DNA of 64,000 nt from Polyplosphaeria fusca. Lineage: Eukaryota. A program made the translations under genes and the position numbers. The notes beneath the pieces were generated by a model that was not told the origin of the DNA, ran no database searches, and saw nothing but the letters and a program-made list of their open reading frames with translations. Positions 27,501 through 42,242 of this stretch are shown here, in pieces (within the stretch, counting starts at the first letter, position 1; the number at the start of each line of letters is the position of its first letter). The DNA lies in the NCBI GenBank assembly GCA_010093805.1, contig ML996104.1, positions 1 through 64,000 of the forward strand. Direction: 5' to 3'.

Positions 27501-29167
27501 TCAGATCATCCGCGACGCTGATCACGATAGAATACCGCTAATATTCGATGACCCGCTCGCCTCCATCATCGACTTTAAACCTTCAGAGCCGCTGAAAATT
27601 GTCTGTCTCACTATTGGATCAAGGGGCGACGTACAGCCATACATATCCCTTTGCAAAGAACTACTGAAAGAGGGCCACCATCCGCGAATTGCCACACACG
27701 CTGAGTTCGAAGGCTGGGTAAGGAAACACGGAATTGATTTCGCACCCGTCGATGGTAACCCGGCCGAGCTAATGAGGATATGTGTTGAGCACGGAATGTT
27801 CACCTACAGCTTCATGAAGGAAGCCAATGCCAAATTTCGCGGCTGGCTTGACAACGTCTGTAGCTCTGCATGGAAGGCTTGCCAAGGAGCTGATGTACTG
27901 ATCGAAAGTCCCAGCGCGATGGCTGGCATCCACATTGCAGAGGCGCTGCAGATTCCTTATTTCCGAGCATTCACAATGCCCTGGACTAGGACTCGAACAT
28001 ATCCACACGCGTTTTCTGTCATGGACAACAAGATGGGTGGAGGGTTTAACAGCTTGACCTATGTCACGTTCGACACAATATTTTGGGCCGCGATTGCCAA
28101 CCAGGTCAACAAGTGGCGCAGAGATGAACTTTGCTTACAGAAGACGACTCTGGCAAAAATGCAGGCCAACCTGAGGCCATTCTTGTATAATTTCAGTCCC
28201 ACAGTGGTTCCAGCCCCTATCGATTGGCCTGATTGGATCCGCGTCACAGGCTACTGGTTCTTGGACGAGGGCGGTGATTACGAGCCTCCAGAGGATCTTG
28301 TTGCTTTCATTCAGAAGGCGCGTCAGGATGGCAAGAAGCTGGTATACGTCGGCTTCGGCTCGATTGTGATCGACAATCCAGCTGCGCTGACCAAAACAGT
28401 CGTCGACTCGGTGTTAAAAGCCGACGTTCGTTGCATTCTCTCGAAAGGCTGGTCTGACAGACTAGAGACCAAAGACGCCTCGAAGCCTGAGATACCACTT
28501 CCACCAGAGCTCTTCCAGATCCAGGCTGCACCGCACGACTGGCTATTCAAGCAGATCGACGCTGCAGTTCACCATGGCGGATCAGGGACGACGGGGGCCA
28601 GTCTTCGAGCTGGCATTCCCACTGTTATCAAACCCTTCTTTGGCGACCAGTTTTTTTACGCACAGCGTGTGGAGGACATGGGTGTCGGCTCCTGGATGAG
28701 GAAAGTCAATACCAGCGTCTTCAGCCGAGCACTGTGGGAAGCAACAAACAATCAACGCATGATTATCAAAGCAAAGGTGGTAGGGCAGAAGATTCGAAAG
28801 GTAAACAGGTCACGTCATGATTGTCATGGATCATCACTGACTGCAACAGGAAAACGGCACACAGGTGGCGATCCAAACCATATATCGCGAGCTAGACAGG
28901 GCGAGGTCACTCATTCAACAGAACACCAGGCGAACCAACGATAGCGACGATCTGGAAGACTGGACGATGGTGTCGGACCGCGAGGAGGATGAGGATGTGT
29001 CACAGTTCTCGGCCCCGTTCACAATCCAGCAAGCGGTGTCGGGCATGAACCGAGCATCGGTCGACGCATCGGGGATGGGTAGGGGGTCTTTGGCGCTGGG
29101 GAGCATGGTCTTGAAGGGAGCTAGCTCGTCGCAGCGCAACTCGGAATCTGCATATAGAGAAGGGTAA
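24542..29167 (+). CDS. ATG26: Sterol 3-beta-glucosyltransferase (GRAM-PH-GT1)
   Basis: GRAM ([19 protein letters not shown]) and PH domains. GT motifs [41 protein letters not shown]. Several introns; the last exon ends at 29167. Confidence 0.95.
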
Positions 29168-30017
29168 TTTGGTAGCAGCAAGATGGTGGATCTTGCTGGA
29201 GTGTGGAAGGGCACGGTTTCATCATCAGAATGCATAGCGATGACGGCGTTTGGGCGCAACACGAGCAGATGGTAGGGTGCACAGCCGCATATTCAACATG
29301 GAGTAGTCGGATGATAATCGAAGACTGTGATTCCTCACACCTCTCAAGACGCGTGCCTGTCTAAGATCAGTGCAGGCACCGGGCGACGCAGCGAAAGTCA
29401 CGGGGGCTGCTGCCTTGCAAGGCTGCGAGGCGTGCACGAAGGCGATGAGAGTCATGGCGGAGACGGGGGTGCGGCGAACTGAAAAGAGAGGTCGCTGTAT
29501 GCGAAGACGGGCTGCTTTGTCTGTCTGGAGCGGCGGGTCACTCCACAGCGAGGCGGTCGATGATGGCTCGCCCATGACTCGCACGGATGCGGCTAGCGTG
29601 GACCCCCGGCCGGCTGCTCTTTAGATACATAAGGCACCTGCCCCTCTCGCCGTTGGGCCTTTGAGAAAAGCGAACCTTGGGCGGCTCAAACTCGCCCATC
29701 CCCCATCGCACCTGTCAACCGCCGCGCGCCACACAAACAAGCACCCTCGCCCCGCCGCTATCCTCTCGCTGCCTCCCTCCTTCGCTCGCCCGCTCCCTCC
29801 CACCTGCTGCCCGCCCATCATCTGCAGCAATCACATAGCTCCCCGCCCGTTGCTCCAGGCCTGCTTGCGCTTGACGTGACCAGCCACAGCCACCGGGCCC
29901 CAAGCTCGCGGGAGTCCGAGCTTTCAGCTCAGACGTACGGATGCGCAAAATCAAAACGCGTCGCGACCACAACCACACCCTCTTCGTCGCCACTCGCATG
30001 GGCTTGCGCATTGAGGG

Positions 30018-32563
30018 ATGAAGATCCGATCACCTCCCAACCTGCACTATCCCATTACCGTCGTCGAGCTTGCCAAGAAGCCGCAAGATGATGTCCAGCG
30101 CTCGTCACCGCTGTTCAACTACACCTATCAGACGCTCGTGACCGAAGGCAACAAGTACGGCGAGGAGAAGAAGGTCTCGAGATCCCTTCCTGCGCGCTTT
30201 GACTCGTCGGCCGACGGCGTCGTCACGCAATGGTTCATCAAGCCTGGCACAGTCATTCAACGTCCTGGGTAAGCGCGTCGCCCTTCCCCCACGGCGCATC
30301 GTCACTGACAACACGCAGCGTCGACCTGGTCGAGATCGAAGAGCCCTGCACGCACGAAATCCAGTTCGGCTCGCTGTGCGCCAACTGCGGCAAGGACATG
30401 ACCGAGGTCGACTACCTCACCGAAGAGCGCAATGTCGATCGCGCAACCATCAATATGACACATGACAACGTCGCTTTGCTTGTCAGCCAACAAGAAGCTG
30501 CCCGCGCCGAGGAAGACGCCAAGAAGCGCCTGCTCGGTGCGAAGAAGCTGTCCCTGATTGTTGACCTCGACCAGACCGTCATCCACACCACATGCGAACG
30601 AACAATTGCTGAGTGGAAGGACGATCCCGAGAACCCAAACTACGAGGCGGTCAAGGACGTTCAGAGCTTTCAGCTTGCTGATGACAATGTTGCGCACGTT
30701 GCTGCCAATTGGTATTACGTCAAGATGCGTCCAGGACTGAAGGACTTTTTCGACCGCATATCGACCATGTACGAGATGCACGTCTACACCATGGCTACAC
30801 GTGCATATGCTCAGGCTGTGGCAAAGATCATCGACCCCGAACGCAAGTACTTTGGCGATAGGATACTGAGTCGCGACGAGAACTACACGGACAAACTGAA
30901 GAACCTACACCGTCTCTTCCCCACAAACACTGACATGGCTGTCATCATCGACGACAGGGCTGATATCTGGCACTATAGCGAGAACCTTGTCCGCGTCCCG
31001 GTGTTCAACTTCTTCCCCGGTGCAGGAGACATCAACGCAAGTTTCCTGCCTAAGCAGCAAGAACTGGTCACGACTTCTCCCAGACCTGTTCTTCCAGAGC
31101 CCTCGACTGTGGTCGAGGACGCAACTAAACAAGGTGACTCCACAACTGTCTCGGTTGCTGGAAAACCTGCTGAAACTGTTCCTGCAGAAGCATTGAATGG
31201 TGAGTTGACTGAGTTGGAGCAACAGCTCATCTCAATGGGGGCAGGAGAAAGTCAGGAGGTCCTTGAACAGCAAGTGAAAGAACAGGAGAAGGTCATCATC
31301 ACACAACAAATCGAGCGGCCACTTCTGCAAAAACAGCGGTTGCTTGATCAGGAAGACGAAGCTGCCGACGAGGCAGAAGATTCCGTCGCCGAGAAGGATG
31401 ACACGCAGCACAGCGAACACCACAAACATCGACACAGCATCCTGCACGACGATGATAGAGGTCTCGACATGATCGAAGAGAACCTTCGTCGCATCCATCG
31501 CGCTTTCTACGACGAATTCACACGGAAGAGAACAGGGGCACAGGGCGGTCGTATTGCCGAGCTGAGGGGTGCGAAGAGCCCCAAGAAGCGGGCTTTGGAA
31601 GACTACGTCCCTGATGTCAAAATCTTGATGCCTCGAATGAAACAACAGGTACTTGAAGGTTGCGTGGTTGTCTTTTCCGGGATTATACCTCTCGGAATGG
31701 ACGTACAGGCGTCAGTCTTGAGAAACTCAACGAAACGTAATATCTCACTAACATCGCGCAGGTCTGACTTTGCCTTGTGGGTGAAGAGCTTTGGCGCAGA
31801 CGTTTCCCTCAACGTCACTCGGAGTACGACACACGTCATTGCCAACCCGGACCGCAAGACCACCAAAGTGAAGCAGGCCGCTCGATATCCGCGAATCAAG
31901 ATTGTGAATGCCGAATGGATGATCCAGTGCTGCACAGTTTGGCAACATGTCGACGAGACACCATATCTCATCGAGGTCGATGCAGCGGACCGCGGAGGAT
32001 CCCCTGTAGACGAACTCGAGGACGACGGCATTAGTGCAAGTGGAGAGGATGGCGGGGTCGATGACGGATTATCCGAGGCAAAGCAAGCCTTTGCAGACAT
32101 GACAAGCGAAACGTGGGCAGAGATGGGTGGCGAGATTGAGGACGTCTTGGCCGAGATTTCTGACATTGAGGACAACGAGATGAGCACCTCCGACTCTGAG
32201 AGCGTCCAGTCCGACGTGAGCGTGCTTACAGAATCCAAACGTGGCAAAAGGAAGCGCAAGCGTGGAAACACTGGATCCTTGGATGGCAGCGAGGCCGAGG
32301 AGAGCGACAGCAGTGTCAATAGTTCGTCCAAGCTGCAGAAGAGAAAGAAACGGACTTTGGAAAGAGTGACGTCGTTGACCAATGTTGTCACGGCAGACAA
32401 GTCTTCAGGTCTACCGAGCCCGGAAACGACTGGCCCCGAAGAAGATCAGGTAGACGACGAGAAAGACGTTGACCCTGCCGGCCTTGCTGCAGATGACTCG
32501 GACGTCGAGGGTTTGGAGGCGGATCTACTGGCGGAATTTGAGCGAGAGCTGAGCGAGGAGTGA
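30018..32563 (+). CDS. FCP1: RNA polymerase II CTD phosphatase Fcp1
   Basis: EEPCTHEIQFGSLCANCG, HAD motif LIVDLDQT, YYVKMRPGL, IIDDRADIW, and a BRCT domain. Introns at ~30269-30319 and ~31711-31761. Confidence 0.96.
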
Positions 32564-33209
32564 ATATCATGGCGGCATTGGCTCCCGGTTTCGGTTTCTA
32601 TGTTCTTTACGCCTGCATAGCGAGGTGTTTTGGCATATTTTGGAGTTAGTCGGATCTGGGACGGCTTGGTTATAGCCAAGTTTACAGTAGGGAGATTTGG
32701 GTTATCATGATACAGTTTTGCGGCCGAGGCAGCAGAAGCTTCCCGGGCGTGATTTGGAAAGGTGTCAGTCTTGCATCAGACAAATCGAGGCGGAGCCAAA
32801 TGTCGATGCATGATTTGTGATTCGTGCCATGTGACTGACATGAATGTGTTGGCTGCCAAATGCAGCCAGGAACAAGGCAGAGTCGGCCGTCGTTGAAGCT
32901 GAAAGACTATGGCAGCTGTTTGTGGCGGTGCGGGCAAGACATTGATTTATGTTTCACAGAAAAGTGCCAGTGGGCCTTGGAGACGGTTTGGCCCGTCGCT
33001 TTTCAGCTGTAGATTGATAGCCCGGCCTGAATAGTACTGACGTGATGGTGTGGTTCGGAGGATTTCACATGATCGGCAGCCAGGATGTTGCGCATGGCAT
33101 GAGACGCAAGATGATGTCTCTTCAGTCTGAGGGTCGTGCCGGAGTGCAGTCTCGACTGGCCACGGGTGCAATGCAAAGGGGCAGTCGTTGAGCAGGACGA
33201 GGAGAGAAG

Positions 33210-33240
33210 GGCAGAGGCGGGCAGAGGCGGGCAGAGGCGT
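33210..33240. repeat. 10-bp tandem repeat upstream of the Zn2Cys6 gene
   Basis: (GGCAGAGGCG)x3. Confidence 0.75.
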
Positions 33241-33649
33241 GGATGGGCTTCATTGCGCGGGTGGGGATGATATGGTGTGGCATTACCTAAAGCAGATGCA
33301 GAAATTCTAACCTCCTCAACACCAGCTCCACGCCCCTCGCCGCTGCTCCAAAGCGCATCCCAGGGCGTGCCAGCATTACACTCGCCTGTCGAGGTGCTTC
33401 TTTCTGGGCTGGCGGTCGAACACGCCAAGTGCTTCACAGGTGAGTGCTCGGGCGACTTTCTCTTTGTAATTACCAGCGGCGGGCGGCCCATGCAGCAGCT
33501 CCGGCGTGAAAGACAGCCAGGGCGGCCGGGCGCAATTCCATCGACCGTCGAAAGCGCGCCCTGACGCGCTCGCAGGAGCCCCAGCATTCGACCCGCGACC
33601 TCAAACCACGCCCGCGTCCACGGCGAATGTTCGGCACGAGGGCGATCCA

Positions 33650-35840
33650 ATGTCGTCGCAATACCCTCCACCGCCCACCGACGACGCCCACGCCTACACA
33701 AACATCTACCCGGCCACGCCCAACCAACAGCTGCTCGATGGTCCACCCTCGCAGCTCCCCCAGTACTCGCCGCCCAACATCTACCCCAAGATCGAGAACC
33801 TGAGCGACGTGCTGCAGCAGCAGGCACACCAGGCGAGCCATCACGTCGCCCACGTCGCCCACGCCGCCCACCATGTCGCCGACCAGCAGAAGCCGAACCG
33901 CCTGCGCAAGGCCTGCGACTCGTGCAGCATCCGCAAGGTCAAGTGCGACGAGTCTGGCCCGCCGTGTCGAGCCTGCGCAGCCCTCGACATTCCCTGCACC
34001 TTCGACCGCCCCAGCCGCCGACGAGGCCCACCGAACCGCCATGCCGAAGCCATCAAGAAGAAGCGGCGTGTCGACGGAGACGTGCCTTCGGGCCCCTCCA
34101 CTCCAGCCTCGCCCACCAATGCCGCCCACGCCCTCGCCCAGCTGTCGTCGCACCCTCCCCACCTCTCTGCCGAATCCATCTGCTCCCTTCCCACCATGAA
34201 CGCCCTGATCGACGACTTCTTCACCTACATACACCCCCTGTGTCCCTTTCCCCACGAGCCGTCGTTCAGGGAGGCATGGGACCGCCGCGAGGACTACACC
34301 AACCCGTCATTCCTGGCATTGCTGGCTTCCATGGTAGCTACCCTCGTGGCTTCTTTCCCCCGCAAACCGCGACTGCATCTCAAGTCTCAGACGCGGGACC
34401 AGTATCCCTCGCACCTGTCGCTCGTTGACAAATGCAGGGAGGTGTGCGCCCAAGCTCGCGGGCCTGGCTATCTCGACCGACCCGGACTCAATGTCTACGA
34501 TGCCTGCACAAGTTACTTCCTCGGCCTCACGGGCGTGTACATCTTCCAGTGGCGGCAGCTGCGCCTGTACTTTGGGGAGTGCCTCACCATCCTGCGTGCC
34601 CTGGGTCTACACAAAGCACAAGAGCAGGGTTACACTTATCTGGGCCGACTGCCACGTACCGCCAGTTCCCATGGGCCAGACATGGAAGGGTCGAGGGAGT
34701 ACAAGCTCGACAATATCACTGAGCAGATAGGACGCAGGGTATTCTGGACTTTGTTTGTGGGGGTGCGCACCATGCAGCAGCTTGGAGCCTCGTTCGGTGA
34801 GCTCACGGTCCTCCCATCGACCCCCAGTGAACCTCTTCCGCCCCTTCCAGCCGAAGTCGACGATGCCTCCATCTACCCCAATGACATCATGCCTCAGCCG
34901 GCCGGCGTGGTTCCTACGATAGCGGGTTTCAACGTCAATGTTCGAATCTACACCTCCTACTCCGCCCTCACCACCGCAGAGATGGCGTTTGGCACCGACG
35001 AGCTTTGGGACTGGGATCGCCAACAAAAGATTCTTGAGCAGTGTCTCCAGCGATGTAAACAGGTCCTCAGCGACATCCCTGACGTGCTCAAGGTCCATCC
35101 CCACGACACCCAGAACGGGAGGTTTGGACAGCGGACGCAGCCTTACTACCCACCTATGCCAGAGTACATGGGAGTGCGCGATCCTACCTTGAACGCCTTC
35201 TCTGGCCCGAATGCCCAAGACTCGCGACGACCTGCGCAGTTCGAGATTCAGAAGGCAAACATTTATGCAAGTCATCTGAGCATCAGGTCATATCTCGTGG
35301 AGAAGTACTTTGCGCTATCAGAGAAGTCGAATCATGCACAGATGCAGCAAGCACTGCAGGACTCGTCGGATCTCCTTACCACCGGAGTAGACAAGCTTCT
35401 GCCTTCAAATCCCGTGGAAGCGGATGCGCTAGAAAACGCCATGTCCCAAGAACGGGATCAGGTCGTCAAAGACCTGCTCGTAGTCCTTGGTAGCATTGAC
35501 ATGGTAAATATGGAACCGAACGGGGACAGCTTTGTGAGTAATGTAGCCAAATTGGGTGCATTCTGAGATTATTAATGTGTTCGCCCAGACTCAAAAAGTC
35601 CGGCAGATTGCGAGTACATTACTCGAAGTGCCCAAAGGGCGCCAAGGCTCGGCGGTCTTGCAGCAGCAGGAGTACCTGTACAAGTTTCTTGACATTCTGA
35701 GTAAGCTCGAGCGCGTAAGTCCGGCAGGTTCAGATCCAAACGACCCCGTCGATGAAGAGGCTGAGCTCAGGCATTGGGCAGACCTGAGGGAGTACCAGCT
35801 CAAATTCCAGGAGCAAGGTGGGATTTATGGCTTCGCATAA
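33650..35840 (+). CDS. Zn(II)2Cys6 fungal transcription factor
   Basis: Binuclear cluster ACDSCSIRKVKCDESGPPCRACAALDIPC and a fungal TF middle-homology region (FFTYIHPLCPFPHEPSF; EQIGRRVFWTLF). Intron at ~35534-35589; the start codon is approximate. Confidence 0.92.
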
Positions 35841-36226
35841 GGTAGCATAGGCGTGTGGCGTTGTAGGGTACGCTCTGGAGCCCCTGGCCACAAAAGAATT
35901 GGGGCGAGCGTTCTCGACTCGCTTTCAATGGGCGGCAGATCCCGTCTGTACTAAATGGCCATGTGTACTTTATGTGATATACAGCAGTGCCGACGACGTG
36001 CAGCAATCCGGGGAACCTCGATGCAAAGTCTGGGTCCAGACGGTGTCCAACACCGTCTTGTCTCCTAGGATACATTTGGGTTACAGTAATCTACAAAGTT
36101 TTGAGAGACATCGTGAAATCTATGATATCCTCCAAGTTGCCCCTATTGCAAAACAACTCCATCCCATGCATTATGCTTCGACATGCTTCCCCTCGGCGAA
36201 TTTTTCTTTCTCTATCCCTCCCCATT

Positions 36227-37014
36227 CTACGGCACAACCACAACGCCCAAACTCCCAGCCTGCCCCACGACACTACGACACAAGCCCTCGAGCCCCACGC
36301 CCGCCAGCCGCCCCTCAGCCTTCTTGATCTTGGCAATCTCATACACATGCTTCAAGCTCACCGTCCCCACCGTCCCCATGGTCGCGTTCCCGTTTGTCGG
36401 ACTTCCCTGACTCTGCTTCCCCTTGTTCCCCTCGTGATTATTCATGGGGCCCGGCACATTCCCCGCGCCGCGTATCTTGGTCTTTGTCGGCATCACGCCG
36501 GCTGCCGAGAGCAGCAGCGTCGCGGTGGGGGGAGTGCGCAGCGAGAAGTGGAAGCTGCGGTCTGGGCGCACTGTGATGCGCGCGGGGATCGGGGTCCCGG
36601 GGTTGTAGTGTGCGGTGCGGGCGTTGAATTCCTTTGGTTTTGCGATGTTAGTTAGACTTGAAGAAGGAAGGGGGGGGAGGATTGGAAGGGGGCCTGATAG
36701 TCTGACAAGAAAAAGTACGACGGCATTTGATCTAAGCCAAAAGGTATTGAGAGTTGAGGAAGGAATTTGGAGAGGGTCGCGATAACATCCCAATGGAGCG
36801 ACACGACGTGCGATATACTTCATCTTTTGAGACTTGTTGCCATTGCAACTGTTTGAATGTTGAGAAAAGCGGCGCGCGAGCTCACCTTGCAAAAGTCCAT
36901 GCTCTTCACGCCTTTGCTTCCCAGCGCTGGACCGACCGGCGGCGACGGCGACGCCTGGCCCGCCCCGACGATCAATTTGACAATTTGGTCGCTTTGCAGC
37001 GCTCGTTTGGCCAT
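36227..37014 (-). CDS. MRPL19: Mitochondrial ribosomal protein uL11m
   Basis: [32 protein letters not shown], a ~250-nt intron (~36885-36635), then EFNART...RTPPT and [13 protein letters not shown]. Confidence 0.94.
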
Positions 37015-37367
37015 GGTGTTATGCGATGCGATGCGCCGACTTTCTCGGGTGTGTCGAGCAACATTCGCGGAGGTCGAGGCCGCGGGTCGGAGAAATGAAA
37101 GGCCGAGCAAGACGATGCGATCAACTTGAGCTGCTCTCACATTACCGGTAGATTTAAATAAAATGCAAAGTACTTGGCTGGTTTACTTGATTCATTACAT
37201 ATTGTTCATTGACTGCAGTCCTGCCATGCTTATGCTAGACCAAGGCCGGCTCCGCTGCTTTGCTCGCCAGACGCCATGTATCCTTGCCTGTATCGTACAG
37301 CCGCTGCACTGTGCACGCAGGGCTCCCAAAAGCTGTCTTTGCCAGTTGTCCTGATTAGTCGTCCCCC

Positions 37368-38251
37368 TCACACGATAGTCTCCAGCTCCCTAGCATACCC
37401 CAGCGTGTTCTCGATGACCTGGTCACTCGTGACGAGAATGTCCTTGGTGTCGAACTCATCCTCCTGCTGCGGGAAGTATATCCTGCCATCCTTAACCGCC
37501 CAGCCCGACTCCTTTGCAAAGTTGACGACGCTGCCTTCTGAGTCGAGGAAGAGGAGAGATTTGGCGTCTGAGATGGGGATTGACGGATAAGCCTTCTCGC
37601 TACATGAGGCAATCTCCTTGCGGATGGTACCAATGAGGACCTGATTTCGTAATGTTAGCATTATGTTGGCAGAATACGTAGAGGTAGAGGGCTGCATCCT
37701 ACCTCTGAGAACATGCCGAACTCATCGCTGGGTACCCTCTCGCTCTTCGTCTCGCCCCAAACCCGGTCATAGCTCCCCTCCATAAGTGCCTGCTCCAATC
37801 TTATCGGATACTGGATGAAGACATCCTCCTCGAGTCCCTTGCTGCCTGCTTGCGCCGCCGCCACTTCCAGCGTCTCCAACAGTGTGTGGAAGCCGGCATA
37901 ATCTCCGTCGCTCAGCAGAAGCAGCAGGTACAGGCCCGTGACCTTGCTTGAATTCCCCCCCTCCTTTGGCAGCACATTCTCGGGTAATGAATAGAAAGGC
38001 TGGAGCTGTTGGAAGTACCGAGTGAAGGATACCGGGTCCTTTAAGCGGATCGAGGTGAGGGCGCCGAGCTCGAGCGTTTCGCGGGCGAGAAGGTTGTGTT
38101 TCTTGGGCGTGGTCTCGGACGGAATGAGGGCGTTGAGGTGAAGGAGGGCGATTTTAGCGCGGGAGAGGAGCGATGTTGCTTGCTGGTATTTCCGTGAGTG
38201 GAGCGTCTGGTGCAGCTGTTTGATGACATCTCGCAAGTCGTTCTCAGCCAT
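37368..38251 (-). CDS. RPN12: 26S proteasome regulatory subunit Rpn12
   Basis: ARETLELGAL...FTRYFQQLQPFY, YPIRLEQALMEGSYDRVW, TIRKEIASCSEKAY and GYARELETIV. One intron at ~37702-37641. Confidence 0.95.
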
Positions 38252-39194
38252 GTTGGATGGGGCGGAGGGAGGATGTGTGGTAGGAATGAAAGAGATTGGG
38301 GCGGCGGGCGCACACGTGGAAGTGGAAGTAGGAGTGGTTTTCTTTACTGGTGGAGGCGGAAGTGTAGTCGGAATTGCGCATGTCGCAGCTACCTTCGGGG
38401 CTTGCTCTGGCGGCTTAGTCATCGAGATCCGCAGCGGTGCTGTGAGCACCGGCCTGCAACCCTCGAATATGCGATGTCGAATGTACGCCATTATCGACCT
38501 GAGCAGATGGAGCATCTTGAGCTTTTACATGTTCAAGAGGTGGTCATTGTAGGCCGCCGGCCACATATAAAGCGCACCTGAGCAGGTGGACGGCTCCGAG
38601 AAATGAACTGGCAGATGACCACCAGCTGCCTGGAACCCGTCGGCAGGCACCACGACCTTCTGTTCCAAACAAGGCCATGGTCGCAAGATTACCCGTTTGT
38701 ACTTGTCATTGTGCTAAATTATTTAGAACAGCATCGCATCGTACTTGCCCTCCCAATCTTCGAGTTGCACGGTTACAGCCACGCAACAGCTATACCAAAA
38801 CCTCCGATTTACCGGTGCCCTGCTGCCTCAATGCCTCCCATACCTCGCATCCTCCACAATCTATCGGATTTTTACTTAGCCGAGAACATGCTCAGACAGA
38901 TGCGTTCGTGCAGCCCGTCGAGCTTGGGATGATATACCTAGCCTCAGGTCAATAGGTAGCGCATTAGGTGGTGGATGACCAAGAAGGCATCCCAATGCTT
39001 TAAGATGATGTTAAAAGCCCTCGAACCTTTAATCTGCTAAGCCTTGCTTGGTATCACCTCAAACGCTGGAAACCACTGCACCGGGTATAACTGACTTTTG
39101 TCTAAAATCTCTAAACTGTCCTATGAAATTCTAAAACTTTTGTGCAGGGTATAAGAGCTTCATGAATACGCAATCTCCATCTCCAGAGTACTGA

Positions 39195-41483
39195 TCATCT
39201 AACAAGGTCCCTCAGAAGTGTCCTGTCCCACCAATCACGGAGCTTCCGCATAGGGCCAGACACCTATGCAACTGTGAGCTAGCAGCACAAGTATCCTGTA
39301 AGTAAAGGCATACCTTGTATGAGACTCTGCGTCTCGATCCATCATGAGCCGCATCGCGCATTTTGCTTCTCATATAATCTGGTATGTCATCGTCTCCTTG
39401 ATTATATACCTCGATTTCAAATCCAATCCGCTGTCCTAGCGTCCGGCTACCTCCAAATTTAAACTCGAGGCTCTTTAGTCCCGCCCAGTACATGGCGCCA
39501 GCAACGATTACTGCGACCACTGTGACAGGCCAGTAGTATCGTGGAATAGTTCCGGGAGTGCTTGGTATTGCGGTGATTCCGATCATAAGAAGGTTGATAG
39601 CGATGAAAACAGAGGTCACGCTGTAGAGACTGACTCTATTGGTCATGTATGCAGGTTTCCAATCTGTATCTGAAATCGTCTGCATTCTTCCAGCAAGACG
39701 GAAGATGCCAAACCCGAGAACGACTATAACAGGAGAGCATTAGCCAAGTTCAGCTCCACGCACAAGAATTGAAAAGTCATACCCATTAGAATTTCGTAGC
39801 CGTAGGCAAAGATGCCAATCATGAAAGCATACGCGTCAGTGGTAGAGTTGGTGATGCAAATTTCAATCACGGAAAAAATCCAGTGGAGGAGGAGAGCTCC
39901 ACCAGGAGAGTCGAACTGTCGGTCTTGACGTCCAAAGAAGTCTGGGAAAGGAATGAAACGCTGCCATGCAATGGCTTGTTTGACTGCAGACAAACACATC
40001 AGCCCATATAACATGATATTCAAGTGAATCTTACTTTTCACACCGGTGTAAACATTGGCAAGGAGGCAGCTGAAAGCTGAAATCGTTATGCAAATTCGGA
40101 CACCAAGAGTGCTCCCGAAAACCTGCGCTGCATCGTCAGATGAACCACAAACAGAGCGGTCTACAAGGGTGCGTACTCTTTGCCCCAGAAGCGCCGCTGT
40201 GCCCATGGTAAGATTCGGGCCAGTGATGTCGTGATACGTCGCGAAGGTGTACTAGATTCATCAGCTTATGGAAGCTAGCCTGGCGCGATACGGAGACTTA
40301 CAAAAGCTGAGGAGACGAGTATATACAGGATGGTGACAAGACCAACCGAAAAAAACGCGGCATTGCGAAGTGTCTTTTTGGGCGCTTTGATTTCTCCGGC
40401 GATCTATGTCTCGTTAGACAACCCTGGTGCTCCGATCGAACACTTGATCCAATGACGTACATAATTGGTGTGCTCCCATCCTTGATAACTGTATAGAATA
40501 TATACCATGGCGGACAGTTGATCGATAATGTCAACACCTGGCTCGTGAGCCGAAAAATCCGATGTTCCAGAGGACGGCCAGGACGAAGCACAAAATCCAG
40601 CTCCAGCTATGACAAGCAGGAGAATTATCTTGAAAAGGGCAAATATGTTATTTGCAACGAAGCAAAACTTCCGCAGAAAGTACAATAACAGGCAAACGGT
40701 TGTTTGCACGACGACAGCGATAAAGCGTAGTAATCGATCGTCTATCGTCGAGGCCGCCGCATCGCCATGTGCAATCTGGAGGGCGTAACTAGCGAATACG
40801 ATGCAGTTGCCAGATGTGGATCCAAGTAAGATCCAGAAGAAGGAGAAGATGACTGCTGCTAGCAGATCTGGCGTGGGAAACGTCTCGTCAAGCTTAACTT
40901 CTCGTCAGAGGGCTCTTCATGTCGGCTTCGCTCCAAGTGAGCTTACATATATGAGCGCTCCACCATTGTAAGGTAGAGCGGTGCCATACTCCAGGTAGAT
41001 TAATGCACTAGAAAGCATTGCCGTCAGATTGTATCCTTCTCAATGAATCGGTTCGACTAACCTAAGTAGCGAGTAGATGCCGCCGACTGCCCATAATGCG
41101 ATCGCTATCGGTTTACTCTTGGTCAGAAGTAGTACGACTCCGGGCAGAGTAAAAATTCCAGTGCCAATCATCTGATTGATCATCAACGCGGAGCATTGCA
41201 CAAAACCTAGCCTGCGCAGGGGCACAGTCGTAGACTCAGTCCAGTTGGAATGGAAGCTCGCCCCATCGCCGTCGCTGTAGTGTTGCTCATTTGAGTCTGT
41301 CTGCCGACTCTGGCCTGGGGTCTGATGTGAGCCGTGGAAGCCAGGGCTGAAAGCCTCAGTTTCTTTGGTGTCCAGTGGCGTACCATTGTGCGTATTTGGT
41401 CGAAATGAGCCATTGACACCGATTGTGTTTAGTTCATGTGTTTCATTGGATCCAGCGTCGTCTATTCTTGGGGAATCAGCCAT
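39195..41483 (-). CDS. APC/LAT-family amino-acid permease (Mup1-like high-affinity methionine permease type)
   Basis: RRLGFVQCSALMINQMIGTGIFTLPG, YLEYGTALPYNGGALIY, YSYQGWEHTNY and PGGALLLHWIFS. Multi-intron; the last exon VSGPMRKLRDWWDRTLLRDLVR* ends at 39195. Confidence 0.88.
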
Positions 41484-42242
41484 GGGAACAGACTGCCACA
41501 AAACCGGGACGTAGCGCGCGACGGTCAAGGGATCACAAGAAGAATAGGGGGTCAGCCTTTCTTAAGGTATCAGTAGGCTATTGCAGGCAGAGTGATTGGA
41601 ATCAGGCTGTGGCTGGGGTTGGGGCTGGTGCTTGCATGGCTTCGGCTTCGTGGTGGTAAGGCTGCATTCTACCTAGGCACACAATGGCCTCACACATTTA
41701 CAGTGTTTCTTCTCAAAATATTACATTGCGCAGAAAGTTTATACGTGGCAGTACGGAAGACTGAAGGGCATGAAGCTGACGGCCTTATCGCTTCGCGTCT
41801 TGACCGGTCAAGGCAAAGTTGCTGTGCAGGGGAGCGCGATGTACCGTGGTTGGTTGCCCTCGCAAATGGAGGTGGAGAAGGCTGCAACCAAAGCCCGGAT
41901 GCAGCTGAGTACGTTTTTGCTGCATGATGAGCGTCAGAGAACGGCAAATCGATCGACGAATGCCCCTCACTCTTCTCCAATGAGCAGCCACACCCACCCT
42001 ACATCCCACACCGGGACGTGGTGGAGGCTTCCCGTGACACAGCTGAAGGCAGTCAGATTTGCCCCCAAAAAGCCAACCAGAACTTGATTCCAGTTGATGT
42101 GCTTCAGCTGTGCTGCGCGCCCTCTTGCTGCGAGAATAAAGGCATCAAGGAACCCCAATTCCGGCCAACAAGTAAGCCACGTAAACAGTCATTTCCCACG
42201 CAAAAGTGCTATGCAAATTCCAATGACCGGCGAAATTAGGAC

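Noticed and set aside
31711..31761. Apparent insertions in the FCP1 ORF-track protein (and similarly ALG9 18769-18819)
   Set aside because: These are ordinary 51-nt introns that happen to be in frame and stop-free.
36635..36885. Long MRPL19 intron as a possible snoRNA host
   Set aside because: No clear C/D box pair or H/ACA architecture was visible.
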